From NCBI RefSeq assembly GCF_009914755.1, contig NC_060944.1: DNA of 64,000 nt, one strand, 5' to 3'. Of this stretch, positions 30,041-42,979 are shown piece by piece; positions within the stretch are counted from its first letter, which is position 1, and every line of letters starts with the position of its first letter. The position numbers and the translations under genes are program-made. The notes beneath the pieces were generated by a model. That model saw only the letters and a list, made by a program, of their open reading frames with translations. It was not told the DNA's origin and ran no database searches. The stretch comes from the human T2T-CHM13v2.0 reference genome, Homo sapiens.

Positions 30041-32439
30041 ACCTATAGGCATTTCCTCTGAGAAAATGCACTTTCACCTATGGTTTAATTCACCCTAACC
30101 CAAGAGCTCACCGGTCCCCTAAATGCAGTCACCACACCATGACTGTAAATGCAGTCACGACACCATGAGAGAGGTGATGAGCAGATGTTCTTTTCCCCAA
30201 AGATTATACTGATAGGCACAACACCTTTTTCATATACGAATTTTGAAATATTTGTTAAAATCAGCACTATTGCTTCACCATCTCACCTTATTGCTATAAA
30301 GGCAATACATTTGAAGACATTTGAAACAGCATGATTTCTCTGCTTAAACCTTCCGAGAATGTTTATTTTCAAAGCACATTCCCATCCTTTCCATGTTCCC
30401 AGGCAATGGTATTTTAAAGAACTGAATGTATTTCCTAGCCTCGATAATATGTGCACTTTTTTAAGAACATTCATTGATCACTGGAGAAATTCATGAATAC
30501 TAAATATTGCTCTGCAGAATGTTATTTGCTAGTTTTCTCCTCTGATGTCACTCAAACATCTTTTGTTTATTCACCAAGTCGTATTACAATGCCTCTGACT
30601 TTTCTACCTAATTCCATGATAAACTTGGAAATGGAAAGCATTAGTAGGTGCTCCTCCTCCCATTTTGCTGGTAGGAAAAGAAAAAGGTTATTTGTCAGAT
30701 CACTGAACCATCGATACAAAATCCATGTAGACCTAAATTCAGTTTCCTATGACAGTAGCAGCTTCTACATAATTTGGTTATCTGGAAATTAAAGGGAACC
30801 CCTGAAACAAAGAGAGGCTTCAGTGTCTTTGCAGTCCCCCCTGTGGAACCCACATCCTATTTTTTAAAGATAAGCCTCTTATCCATTTATCACCTCCACT
30901 AGACAGGGAGCCCCTTGAGGATAAAGACATCCATAAACCTACCTTTCTGACCACACACTTTGCACATTGTAAATATGAAATGAATTATAAACTTGTTTTG
31001 GCTGCCTAGCTTTGTGAATTCAAAATCTGTGTGCTTTTGGTTTTGTGTTTCAGCTACAATATTTTAGCACCTGCTGTCCTGCAGGTACTTTATGAAGCAT
31101 GTTCCACAAATCGTCTCATTGATTCCTCATGGGAATCATGCTGGCATGATTGTCTCCATTTTGCTGATGAAGAAACAGAGGCTTTGAGGAATTTAGTGAC
31201 TTGCCCAGATTGCTCAGCATTCAAGAAGCCTTGTCTGACTGCCACGCTCTTGCTCTTTCCATTACCCCATACGGGCTCCACTGGCCACTCTGCTAATGCT
31301 GACTTGGCCTCCTAAATGTCTATCAGGCACTCCAAGCATGGTCCTACCTCAGGGCCTTTGCACTTGATCTCTCAGCCATTTATACCACTCACTTCCTCAT
31401 ATCATCCACACCTTAATATCATTTCCTCAGAGAGGCTGTGGCAGACCACACTATCCAAAATAGAACTTCTCCTTTCCCATGGCCACGGCTCTGTTTTGTA
31501 TTTTTTGTATGCTTGTAGCACACACTCAGCTATGACTATGTTACATTATGTGATACAACTTGAGTTCAACTATTTCCTAAACTTTTAGAACTGAAGACAT
31601 TTGGAGACTGGTTGCAGATGACTTACTTTTGTAGTTATTGTGTTTCCCTCCATTTGTTTTGTGTTTGTAAGTAGCAGTTTTACCATTTACCGATGCATAT
31701 GGTTTAAGCAGATAATAGAAGGAGCCAAACTGAAAGCAGGTGAGCAGCATCACCACCCCTGTGGAACCTTTTATTGTATTCCTTTTGATTTGTGGGCATT
31801 TATTATTTTCTGTTTCTTCTTTTATTGCTATAAGCACCAGTTTCCATCCCCAGAAAAGGTTAACTAAAAATTAATCCACAAAAAGATTAAAATGGGATGT
31901 GTTTCCTAAGCCTTGTTTTCATTTATCATCTTTGTGTTCTTGCTAGTAAAATCTTTTGGCACTTGTTTTAAGTTTGTATTCAATGAGAATTGACAGAGCG
32001 TGGGGGCACAAGTTTAGCCGTGATGAAAATTTCACAAAGGATGTAATTAATAACAAAAACAGCAATAAGGATGATAGCTGGCACTTCATGAATGCTCACT
32101 ACAGGCGAGGTCGCATTCTAACACCCTGTCACATAAGTGCTATTACTACCAGGGATGGATGAGGAGACTGAAACCCAGCTGTTGGAAAACTAGTTGATAA
32201 TTGAGTGGTAGAGGCAGGATTTAAACTCAGCCATTTCGATCTAAAGCATGCCCTCTTAGCTGCTTTGTAGCTGGCTATTGCAGGTGCATTTGGGAGCTGC
32301 TACCAGTTTTCCTTTCCCCTGATTCAGTATGATCATCCTCCAGGGACTGTTAATGGAGCTAGAGTCCAGCTGACAGAATCAGAAGCCTGATGCGCTGGGA
32401 GTCAATGTTAGATGCATCCTGAAGTTGTCCTAATAATGA

Positions 32440-32690
32440 GGTTTAATATTTATTCAATGCTTCTCTAAGTGCTTACACATTTCATAACATCTTTTGATCT
32501 CCCCATCAACCATAAGAGGCATGTTATGCTCATTTTACTTTTAGGGAGACAGAGGCAAAAAAAAAAAAAAAAAAAAAAGTCCAGATCCCCTGCCCCAGTT
32601 TGCCCAGCTGCTAAGAAGGGAAGACAAGAGTCAGACCCTGGTAGCTTGCTTCAAAAGCCAAAAGCCATCTCCTCACCCACTGCCTTATCT
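32440..32690 (-). mobile_element. MIR with internal ~A22 run
   Basis: atatttatt...ctcattttac...gacagaggc(A)n...tgcccag. Confidence 0.6.
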
Positions 32691-33354
32691 TTAAGAGACT
32701 GAAGCTTCTTGTTAAGATGCAGACTTCATGGTGAATTTTTATCTTTTTCTCTTTCTTTCATCTAAATATCTCAAGGGACAGACTGTGCAAGGAGTCTTTA
32801 AGCCATGAATACTCTTTAGAACTTACAACAGTAAAAAATAATAGGGGAGTAGGAAAGAGAAACGGTTTCCATAAATCAAGAGGGTTTTTTTTCTCTTCAT
32901 ATGGGCATTTTCAAATGGTGTGGAGTTTTCCAAACAACAAGATTTTTATATTTGTGGGGGATTTAGATTCAATCAATAGCCTCAGATTTCACATGATTAA
33001 AGTAATTCTAAACCTGTCAAAAATTCTGACCCATAAACCACATCTATATGTTGGAACCAGATCAACCACAGAAGTCAAAAATCTTATTTTTTGAGATGTG
33101 TCATCAACTGGGCAGTACATAGTGAACACCCCCAAGTAACACAACTCATTTGTGAAAACAATTAGAAGAGAAGCCCTTCAAGGATCAAGAAATGAACCAT
33201 CAAACCCATGTCTTTAAATGTTTTTAAGCACAGTCTCACTACCATTTGAAAATACTCAGAAACTGTCAACAAACTCTCACATCATGGTGAAAAGCAATAC
33301 TGTAATGGTCTACATTTAATAGGTATTTCGACACAAGTTGAAAAGTTGAGTGGC

Positions 33355-33535
33355 AAACTGCTTCACAAACTTAGTGTGCACAGGAATCACCTAGAGGTTG
33401 GGATGGGGGACAGTTCTTGTTAAAATAAATACCTAATTCAGCAGGTCTGTGTTAGAGCTTAAGATTTTGCATTCCACACAAGTTTCCAGGTAATGCCAAT
33501 GCTGCTGGTCCAGGGGTCACATTTTAAATATACAG
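33355..33535. mobile_element. MER5A hAT MITE
   Basis: aggaatcacctagag...aattcagcaggtctg...ccaggtaatgccaatgctgctggtcc. Confidence 0.8.
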
Positions 33536-33549
33536 CTTAGATCCTGAAA

Positions 33550-33790
33550 ATGTCACAGGCTATGAGGTCAGACAGATCTGGGGCTGAACCCCATTTCTGC
33601 CACTTCTTGGCTATATGACTTCGAGCAAACGTTTATCCTGTCCAAACCTCTGTTTCCTCATCTGTGCAATGGTGCTTGATAAGGCAGAGCCCCATAAGAT
33701 TGTTGTAAGAGTGGAATGTAATTACCTGTACAGTGCATAAAAAAGTAGGAATTCAATTATCAAAAGCCATATTAGTACTAATTCATATTA
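33550..33790 (+). mobile_element. MIR
   Basis: gtcagacagatctggg...ctctgtttcctcatctgt. Confidence 0.8.
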
Positions 33791-33967
33791 TTTACATTAT
33801 TATATTAATAATAATTATTAGCTAAAGTGATTGAAACAAACTGGGAAAGGATGCTAGAGATGAAGTTGAAAATGTTAATGGAATCCCAAAAGCCATCAAA
33901 TGAGTTTCTTTCACTCATTTATTGAGCATCTTTCTGTGCCAGCCATAGCTTAAGAATCTTGTATGTA

Positions 33968-34308
33968 TAGTAGCCCCCCAATACATAAGGGATATGTTCC
34001 AAGACCCCCAGTAGACACCTGAAACCATGGATAGCTCTAAACCTTATATATACTATGTTATTTAACACATACATGCTTATGATAAGGTTTAACTTTGTCA
34101 TATGATAGGTATGTATGTAAAAGATTAACAACAATTAGTAACAGAACTTTTATAACCATGTATTGTAATGAGAGTTACGTGAATGTGCAAATGCGCGTGT
34201 GTGCGCTCTCTCTCCCTTCCTCAAAACATCTTCATATTTTTGAACCTCTGTGGATCACAGTAACTGAAACCAAGGAAAGTGAAAACCTCCGATGAGATTG
34301 GACTACCG
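33968..34308 (-). mobile_element. MER44-like Tigger MITE
   Basis: Termini tagtagcccccc / ggactaccg flanked by TA; internal gttccaagacccccag and gtaactgaaacc..gaaagtgaaa. Confidence 0.8.
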
Positions 34309-35003
34309 TATCCTCCCATAACTGAAAGCGTAAATCGGCTCATTTAGTTATTACCAGAAGCCATCAAGTAGATGGTAACACCAGCTGCATTTCACAGAGA
34401 AGGGAACAGGTTCAGGATTATTACGTAACTTACCCTAAGTTTTACAGCCCACAAGTGACAAAATGAGGACTTGAACTTGGGTCTTTCTGGCTCGCAAGCT
34501 GTTGTTCTTAAATAATGGCCTTGAGTACACAGCTGGTAGACTAATGTGAGTGAGGTGTGGTTCCTACCTTACTGGACCTCTCAGTCCCCAGCAGAGGCTA
34601 GCTGAGGGTAATTTAAGATATACTTCCAACAGACAAAGCCATTTCAATTATTCTAAAAGAATTGGAAAGCCTTATCAATGAAGCATCTTCTTACATAGAT
34701 TTTCAGTAAAAACCTCAGCATTGGTATGTTGTCAGGAGGAATCTTTGGATACGCTGATCTCCCAGTTATTCTTTAGAAGCCTAGTTGCTCTAGAAGTAAG
34801 CAATGTAAATGTCTTCTGCTTGAATTTCCTCATCTATTAAATGGAGCCACCTTCAAGGAGTTATTCCACTCCTTTTGTACCAAATTGCTTTTCACTTTTC
34901 CTCTAGTTCATGCCTATGTAATCCTGAGTATTTCATTTGCTGACTTATTGATGCTGGACACAGGTGAGAGACCTAGTGAATAAAGCTCTGTTCTTTGATT
35001 GCT

Positions 35004-35550
35004 TGTATAACTCAGGGCTCTATTTGCCACAAGTGACAGAAATCCAATTCAGACTAGCTTAAGAAGAAGAAAAGTTATTTGGTGACTCACCTACCTAAGA
35101 AGTCTGGGGATAGGTCTGGCTTCAGGAACAGCAAGACCAGGGGTTCAAACAATGTAATCAGGACCTAGTATCTCCATCTCTCAGTTCTGCTTTCTTTGCG
35201 ATGACTTCTCAGGTATTTTTGATGGTGGCAAAATGGCCTATGGTAACTTAATGCTTACATTTCTACCAGAATGTATATTTTCTTCCCAGTGGTTTCAGGA
35301 GAAGTCCTGGGATTTACTCTGATGCAGTGATTTGGGACACAGGTCTATCCTTGAACCAATCATCATGGCTGAGGGAATGAAATATGCTGATTGGCCAGGC
35401 CTTGATCATGTGATCGCATCTAAGCCATGGTAGGGCAGGGTTATCCAGTAACCAGGAGGATAGGGTGTGGGAAAAGGTGCTCTACAAAGATGCTGTTGCC
35501 CATATAAGAGAAAGGAAATGTTAGGAGACGAAAATATTAGAAAGCCACCA
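35004..35550 (-). mobile_element. MLT1K/L-like MaLR LTR
   Basis: caagtgacagaaatccaattcagactagcttaag...tgaaccaatca...ctgattggccaggcc. Confidence 0.75.
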
Positions 35551-36559
35551 TGGTGCTTACAGATAGTCTCACAAGATACCAAGAAATCCCAAAAGGATTA
35601 GAGGAAGCTGCAGAGTTAAGGAGTTAGAGATGCAATTGTGAAAAGGTTTATTCCATCTTTCCTGATGATTATTTCCAATGCTATAACATGGTTCTGACGG
35701 TGAGCATAAAAGAGCTTTAAAATGGTGGAGGAATGCAGGCTGATGATTGGGAAAAGAGTTTCTTATGATTGCTCCTAGTCCACAATGATACAGACTTTGA
35801 GGCAGAATGAAGGTGTGATTCTGCCTACCTTCCCTATTTCTCTGTGGACACTGGAAGATAATAAAATTTCCTAAGTTACTACAAAAGCGATTTATCTTTA
35901 TCATGGATTTTTTAGGTTTCTCCGAGATCCCAAAGAGCAATTACTTCTGTGAATGAGGTATTCTCCCTAGCAACCTAGGGGAATATCAATGTGGACTCTG
36001 GTACTGAAAAACTGTAGCAAAACACTTTTCTGATTGCCACTTGATGTATTGAAGAAATTCAGTCTGTAAATGCAAAATATATCTATGTGTTTGCATGCAC
36101 ATTCACACACAGATTTGTAGAAATCAATCAGTTAAATGCAGTAGACCACTCAATGCTAAAGAGTTAAGCAAAAGGTAGAAACAGAAAAATTATCATGACC
36201 AGCACAAATGCTCTCTGGGACCTCAGGGATCTGGAAACCATGGAAATAGCAATTGTATTCAAGGTTATTTTACATGATCCACATATCAATGAAGAAGTTT
36301 CATATTTGGGGAATTTAATGATCCACAAAAAATTTCCAGCAAGTTAAAAAACTATATAGTGTTGATTAGCGTATTGGATTTTCACAACTTTTTCAGTTTG
36401 ATCTTGTCATGAGGGACACCAAAGAGTTGATGGACTTAATAAATTACCCTAGAAACTCAGTAAAGAGTGCAAATCTAAGATAAATGGTACTGAAAACATT
36501 TTCCAAGATCCTATCTATGACTTTTACAAAGTTGGCCCTCCTTGCTTGGAGAATTCAGA

Positions 36560-37040
36560 ATTGCTATAAGTGTAAGTAGCAAAAACTTCAGTTCCAACTG
36601 ACTTAAGCACCAAAGAAATTAAGATAATTTTCTGGTTTATTTAACTGAAGAATGCAAGATAGCCTGCAGGTGTGGCTGTATCAAGAACTCAGTTGCCATC
36701 TGGACTTGGTTTTCCCTCTTCTTTTCAGCTCTGCTTCTATTGATTGATTTTATCCTCAGGCCTCATACTGTGGCCTGCCTGGCTCCAGACTGGCATCATC
36801 CCAGGTTCAAGACAGTTGGAAATAGACTGCCTTGCTGGTATGATACAAGTGCTGAGATTCTCTCCAGATAGATCAAGCTGGATCATGTGTCTCTCCTGAA
36901 TCGGCCACCGTGGCCAGAGGAGTTTGAGTCCCTGATTTGCTACCTTTGGAGAACAGAGTTCATTTTAGTAGGGTGGTTTCTCAAAAGAAATGCAAAATGC
37001 TATTATAAGAAGATGAAAAACAGCGTTTCTTCATAGCCCA
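36560..37040 (-). mobile_element. MLT1K/L-like MaLR LTR
   Basis: ccaactgacttaagc...ggatcatgtgtc...ctgaatc..ccaccgtggccag. Confidence 0.6.
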
Positions 37041-37062
37041 CAAAAAGAGGCCATTAATGGGT

Positions 37063-37640
37063 CTTGAAAGAGCTACAAGCAGATCTACCATTCAATCCAG
37101 CAATCCTACTACTTGGTATCTTTTCAAAGGAAAAGAAGTCATTATATGTAAAAGACACTTTCACACACATATGTTTATGCAGCATATTCACAACTGCAAA
37201 GGTGTGGAACCAATCTAAGTGCCCATTGACTAATGAGTGGGTAAAAAAAAATACGATATATACACCATAGAATACTACTTGGCCGTTAAACGGAACAAAA
37301 TAATGTCTTTTGCAGCAACTTGGATGGAGCTGGAGGCCATTATTCTAAGTGAAATAACACAGGAGTGGAAAACCAAAAACTGTATGTTCTCACTTATAAG
37401 TAAGAGCTAAGCGATGAGTAGGCAAAGGCATACAGAGTGATGTAATTGACTTTAGAGACTCAGAAGAAAGAGGGTGGGAGAAGGACTAGGGATTTAAAAA
37501 AGCTACACATTAGGTACAGTGTACACTATTTGGATAAGAGGTGCACTAAAATCTCAGAATTCACTGCTATGTAATTCATCCATGTAATAAAAAAAACCAG
37601 TTGTACCCTAAAAGCTACTGAAATAAATAAAAAGAAAAAA
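37063..37640 (+). mobile_element. L1PB 3' end
   Basis: DLPFNPAILLLGI; 3'UTR gcactaaaatctcagaattcac...gaaataaa. Confidence 0.88.
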
Positions 37641-37865
37641 GGTGGGGTGAGGGTGCCTGGGAAGCAATTAAAGCTTCCATCAAGGCCAAGAGCAAATGGT
37701 TACTCATAGATAGACAAAAGAGAGCCACCTTATTAGTCTTCCTGACTCATCTGTTTTCAAGTCATTGTTCTGCTCCCCATCCAGTTTATTTCTAGCCCAT
37801 TTGCAAATCAAAACCACAGACTCCACAACCCAGAGCTGTTAGGGTTTCATAAAAAAGTGATTTTT

Positions 37866-38165
37866 GGGCCCAGACATGCGGCTTATATCCATAATCCCAA
37901 AACTTTGGAAGGCTGAGGCAGAAGGATTGCTTGAGGCCAGAAATCTGAGACCAGCCTGGACAACATAGCAAGACTCTGTCTCTATAGAAGAAGGTGTTTT
38001 AAATAGCCGGATGTGGTGGCATACACCCATAGTCCTAGCTACTCAGGAGGCTGAGGCAAGAGGATCATCACCTGGCCCCAGAAGTTCAAGGTTGCAGTAA
38101 GCTATGATTGCACCACTGTACTCCAGCCTGGGTGACAGAGAAAGATTGTGTCTCTGTAAGAAAAT
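37866..38165 (+). mobile_element. AluJ
   Basis: ggattgcttgaggccag; caacatagcaagac; gctatgattgcaccactg. Confidence 0.88.
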
Positions 38166-38869
38166 TTATTTTAAAGATGTTGAATTTTGTATGTGATTTT
38201 TCTCTTTGCCCTAGGCAACTAAGCCCAACCTCTCTGGGGCCTTTTCAATTAACTAGAAATTATGCAGAACAATGTTCAATCAAATAGTATGGCTTTTCAA
38301 AGGCACAGTGAAGAAAGTATGAATGGAGAACCTCCAGCCAAAAGTTCACACAGAAGTTTTGGCTTTATGGGGAGTATTTGAAAGAAACATTGAAAATATG
38401 AAATCCAAATAAATAAGAATTGCTACCCTTTACATATAAAATGGAGAAACTGATTTTTCTTCAGTACAACACATGCTTCTATATTTTCTTCAACAGATGT
38501 TTCTTTCCTTAATAAAATATAAGTAGATAAGTTGGCAATTAGCAGAACTCAAAGAACAACTTCTAAGACTTCTAAAGACTTATAAAAACTAAGACTTGTA
38601 AAACTTCTTGTCTCTTTTAGAAGCCATAGCTTTGTAAATACTGACCTAAAGTTTCCCAACATCCTATGCCATGCTTGCTGCTAAGAATAAATTAAAGAAA
38701 CAGTTAATTATTTATAAAATGAATAGCAGATATACTAAAGGAGCTCCCTTCTTGAGGATACAATCATTTCCTAAAAGAAAAATCATTTTATCATGAGAAT
38801 AATTACTCCCTAACCTCAGGATAAAACATAAATATGTGCCAACTCTTCTTGATTCAATAACCACCTTGA

Positions 38870-39083
38870 GTAGGGGTCAGCAAATTTGTTCTGAAGGCCA
38901 GATGGCAAATATTTTAGGCTTTGTGAGATATGATCTCTATCACAACTACTCAACTCTGCCAGCGAAATGCCAGAGCCCCATAAACAAATAAACCAGGGGC
39001 TGTGTTCTAATAAAACTTTATTTATGAAAACAGGGAGCGAGCACTATTTAGCCCGACTGGCCATAATCTACTGACCTCTGACC
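38870..39083 (+). mobile_element. MER58A hAT MITE
   Basis: ggggtcagcaaa...aatattttaggcttt...caactactcaactctgc...aataaaactttattta. Confidence 0.85.
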
Positions 39084-39199
39084 TAGAACGCAGTGTTGAG
39101 ATGGATTCTGAGGTTTTGTCTGAGCTCAGTAGGAGAGACTGTCAAGATCAATTGGTGATGCCTGCTAAATGGGAGGAAAGGAAGTGTCACAGCACTTAA

Positions 39200-40043
<844 letters not shown>

Positions 40044-41920
40044 TTAAACTGAATATCTGATATTGCTGCAAACCAACAATTTGTTATTTTATCCACATGC
40101 CCCAAAATGTCCCATGTCAGGAATTGTGAACTGGCTGCCTAGAGTGGAAGGGGTAGTGTGGATTTTCTTTTGAGGTTAACTAATTGCCCTAGATAGGGAT
40201 CAAGTTTATGACCTTGGGCCTCATTAGCATCAGCCTTAACCAGCTGCAATATCTCGCTACAGATCAGGCTGTGGGAAGAGCAAGAAAACATAATGTCTTT
40301 GTTCTTTTGAAACAGTAGCAACTCACACTGAGAAAATGATCATTAGGAGAACGAAGAGTTAGTGTCTGTCTTAATTTAATCTCTTGTCGTTAGATATCCT
40401 TAGCTCTTCTACTTCAGGGACTGTAGACTAATGGAACTTATATTAAACATTCTACACCATCAATAAGCAGAGGCTGCTGCTATCTCCTTTACAAGGTAGA
40501 TAATACACCACTTAGTAAGAAAACTGGAAATTATTCCCAAACTATATAAGAATATGAGAGAGTGGCTGGCAAGATGACCGAATAGGAACAGCTCTGGTCT
40601 GCAGCTCCCAGCGAGATCAAAGCAGAAGGTGGGAGATTTCTGCATTTTCAACTGAGGTACCTGGTTCATCTCATTGGTACTGATTAGACAGTGGGTGCAG
40701 CCCACAAAGGGTGAGCCGAAGCAGGGTGTTGCCTCACCTGGGAAGCACAAGGGCTCGGGGAACTCCTTCCCCTAGCCAGGGAAAGCCGAGCGGCACTGTG
40801 CTGTGAGGAATGGTGCATTCCGGCCCAGATACTATGCTCTTCCCACGGTCTTTGCAACCAAAAACCAGGATATTCCCTTGGGTGCCTACAGGGCCCTGGG
40901 TTTCAAGCACAAAACTGGGCAGCTGTTTGGGCAGACGCTGAGCTAGTTGCAGGAGTGTTTTTTTTTTTTTTTTCATACCCCAATTGTGCCCGGAACACCA
41001 GTGAGATAGAACCATTTACTCCCCTGGAAAGGGGGCTGAAGCCAGTGAGCCAAGTGCTCTAGCTCAGCAGATCTCACCCCCATGGAGTCCAGCAAACTAA
41101 GATCCACTGGTTTGAAATTCTCACTGTCAGTACAGCAGTCTGAAGTCAACCTGGGACGCTCAAGCTTGGTGGGGATAGGGGTGTCTGCCATTACTAAGGC
41201 TTGAGTAGATGGTTTCCCCCTCACAGTGTAAACAAAGCCGCCAGCAAGTTAGAACTGAGCGGAGCACACTGCACAGAGCCCGCTGCAGCTTGGCAAACCC
41301 ACTGTAGCCAGACTGCCTCTCTAGAGTCCTCCTATCTGGGCAGGGCATCTCTGAAAGAAAGGCAGCAGCCCCAGTCAGGGGCTTATAGATAAAATTCCCA
41401 TCTCCCTGGGATAGAGCACCTGGGAGAAGCGGCAGCTGTGGATGCAGCTTCAGCAGACTTAAATGTTCCTGCCTGCCAGCTCCAGCACTGCTCTGAAGAG
41501 AGCAGTGGATCTCCCAGCACAGTGCCTGAGCTCTGCTAAGGGACAGACTGCCTCCTCAAGTGGGTCCCTGGCCCCCATGCCTCCTGACTGGGAGACACCT
41601 CCCAGCAGGGGTTGACAGACACCTCATACAGGAGAGCTCCAGCTGGCATCTGGTGGGTGCCCCTCTGGGACGAAGCTTCCAGAGGATGGAACAGGCAGCA
41701 AACTTTGCTGTTCTGCAGCTTCTGCTGGTGACACCCAGACAAAGAGATTCTGGAGGAGACCTCCAGCAAACTCCAGCAGACCTGCAGCACAGAGGCCTGA
41801 CTCTTAGAAGGAAAACTAACAAAAAGGAATAGCTTCAACATCAACAAAAAGGACATCCACACAGAAACCCCATCCAAAGGTCACCAACATCAAAGATCAA
41901 AGGTAGATAAATACACAAAG

Positions 41921-42916
41921 ATGAGGAAAAACCAGTGCAAAAAATTTGAAAATTCCAAAAACCAGAACGCTTCTTCCCCTCCGAAGGATTACAACTCCTC
42001 ACAAGCAAGGGAACAAAACTGGATGGAGAATGAGTTTGACAAATTGTCAGAAGTAGGCTTCAGAAGTTGGGCAATAACAAACTCCTGCGAGCTAAAGGAG
42101 CATGTTCTAACCCAATGCAAGGAAGCTAGGAATGTTGAAAAGAGGTTAGACAAATTGCTAACTAGAATAACCAGTTTAGAGAAGAACATAAATAACCTGA
42201 TGAAGCTGAAAAACACAGTACAAGAATTTAGTGAAGCATACACAAGTTTCAATATCCAAATCAATCAAGGGGAAGAAATGATATCAGAGACTGAAGATCA
42301 ACTTAATAAAATAAAGTGTGAAGACAAGATTAGATATGGAACATATGGGACTATGTGAAAAGACCAAACCTACGTTTGATTGGTGTACCTGAAAGTGACG
42401 AGGAGAATGGAACCAAGTTGGAAAACACTCTTCAGGATATTATCCAGGAGAACTTCCCCAACCTAGCAAGACAGCCCAACATTCAAATTCAGGAAATACA
42501 GAGAATAGCACAAAGATACTCCTTGAAAAGAGCAATCCGAAGACACATAATTGTCAGATTCACCAAGGTTGAAATGAAGGAAAAAAATGTTAAGGGCAGC
42601 CAGAGGGAAAGGTTGAGTTACCCACAAAGGGAAGCCCATCAGACTGACAGTGGATCTCTCTGCAGAAACCCTACAAGCCGGAAGAGAAGGGGAGCCAATA
42701 TTCAACCCTCTTAAGGAAAAGAATTTTCAACCCAGAATTTTACATCCAGCCAAACTAAGCTTCATAAGCAAAGAAGAAATAAAATCCTTTATAGACAAGC
42801 AAATGCTGAGAGATTTTGTCACCACCAGGCCTGCCTTACAAGAGCTCCTGAAGGAAGCACTAAATATGGAAAGGAAAAACTGGTGCCAGCCCCTGAAAAA
42901 ACTTACCAAATTGTAA
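41921..42916 (+). pseudogene. L1 ORF1p, disrupted (deletion about 42335, frameshifts)
   Basis: MRKNQ...; KRPNLRLIGVPE; RHIIVRFTKVEMKEK; FVTTRPALQELLKE in different frames. Confidence 0.93.
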
Positions 42917-42979
42917 AGACCATTGACACTATGAAGAAACTGCATCAACTAATGGGCAAAATAACCAGCTAGCATCATA

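Noticed and set aside
38560-38612. Repeated aagactt units
   Set aside because: Short degenerate low-complexity repeat with no spacer structure; not CRISPR-like.
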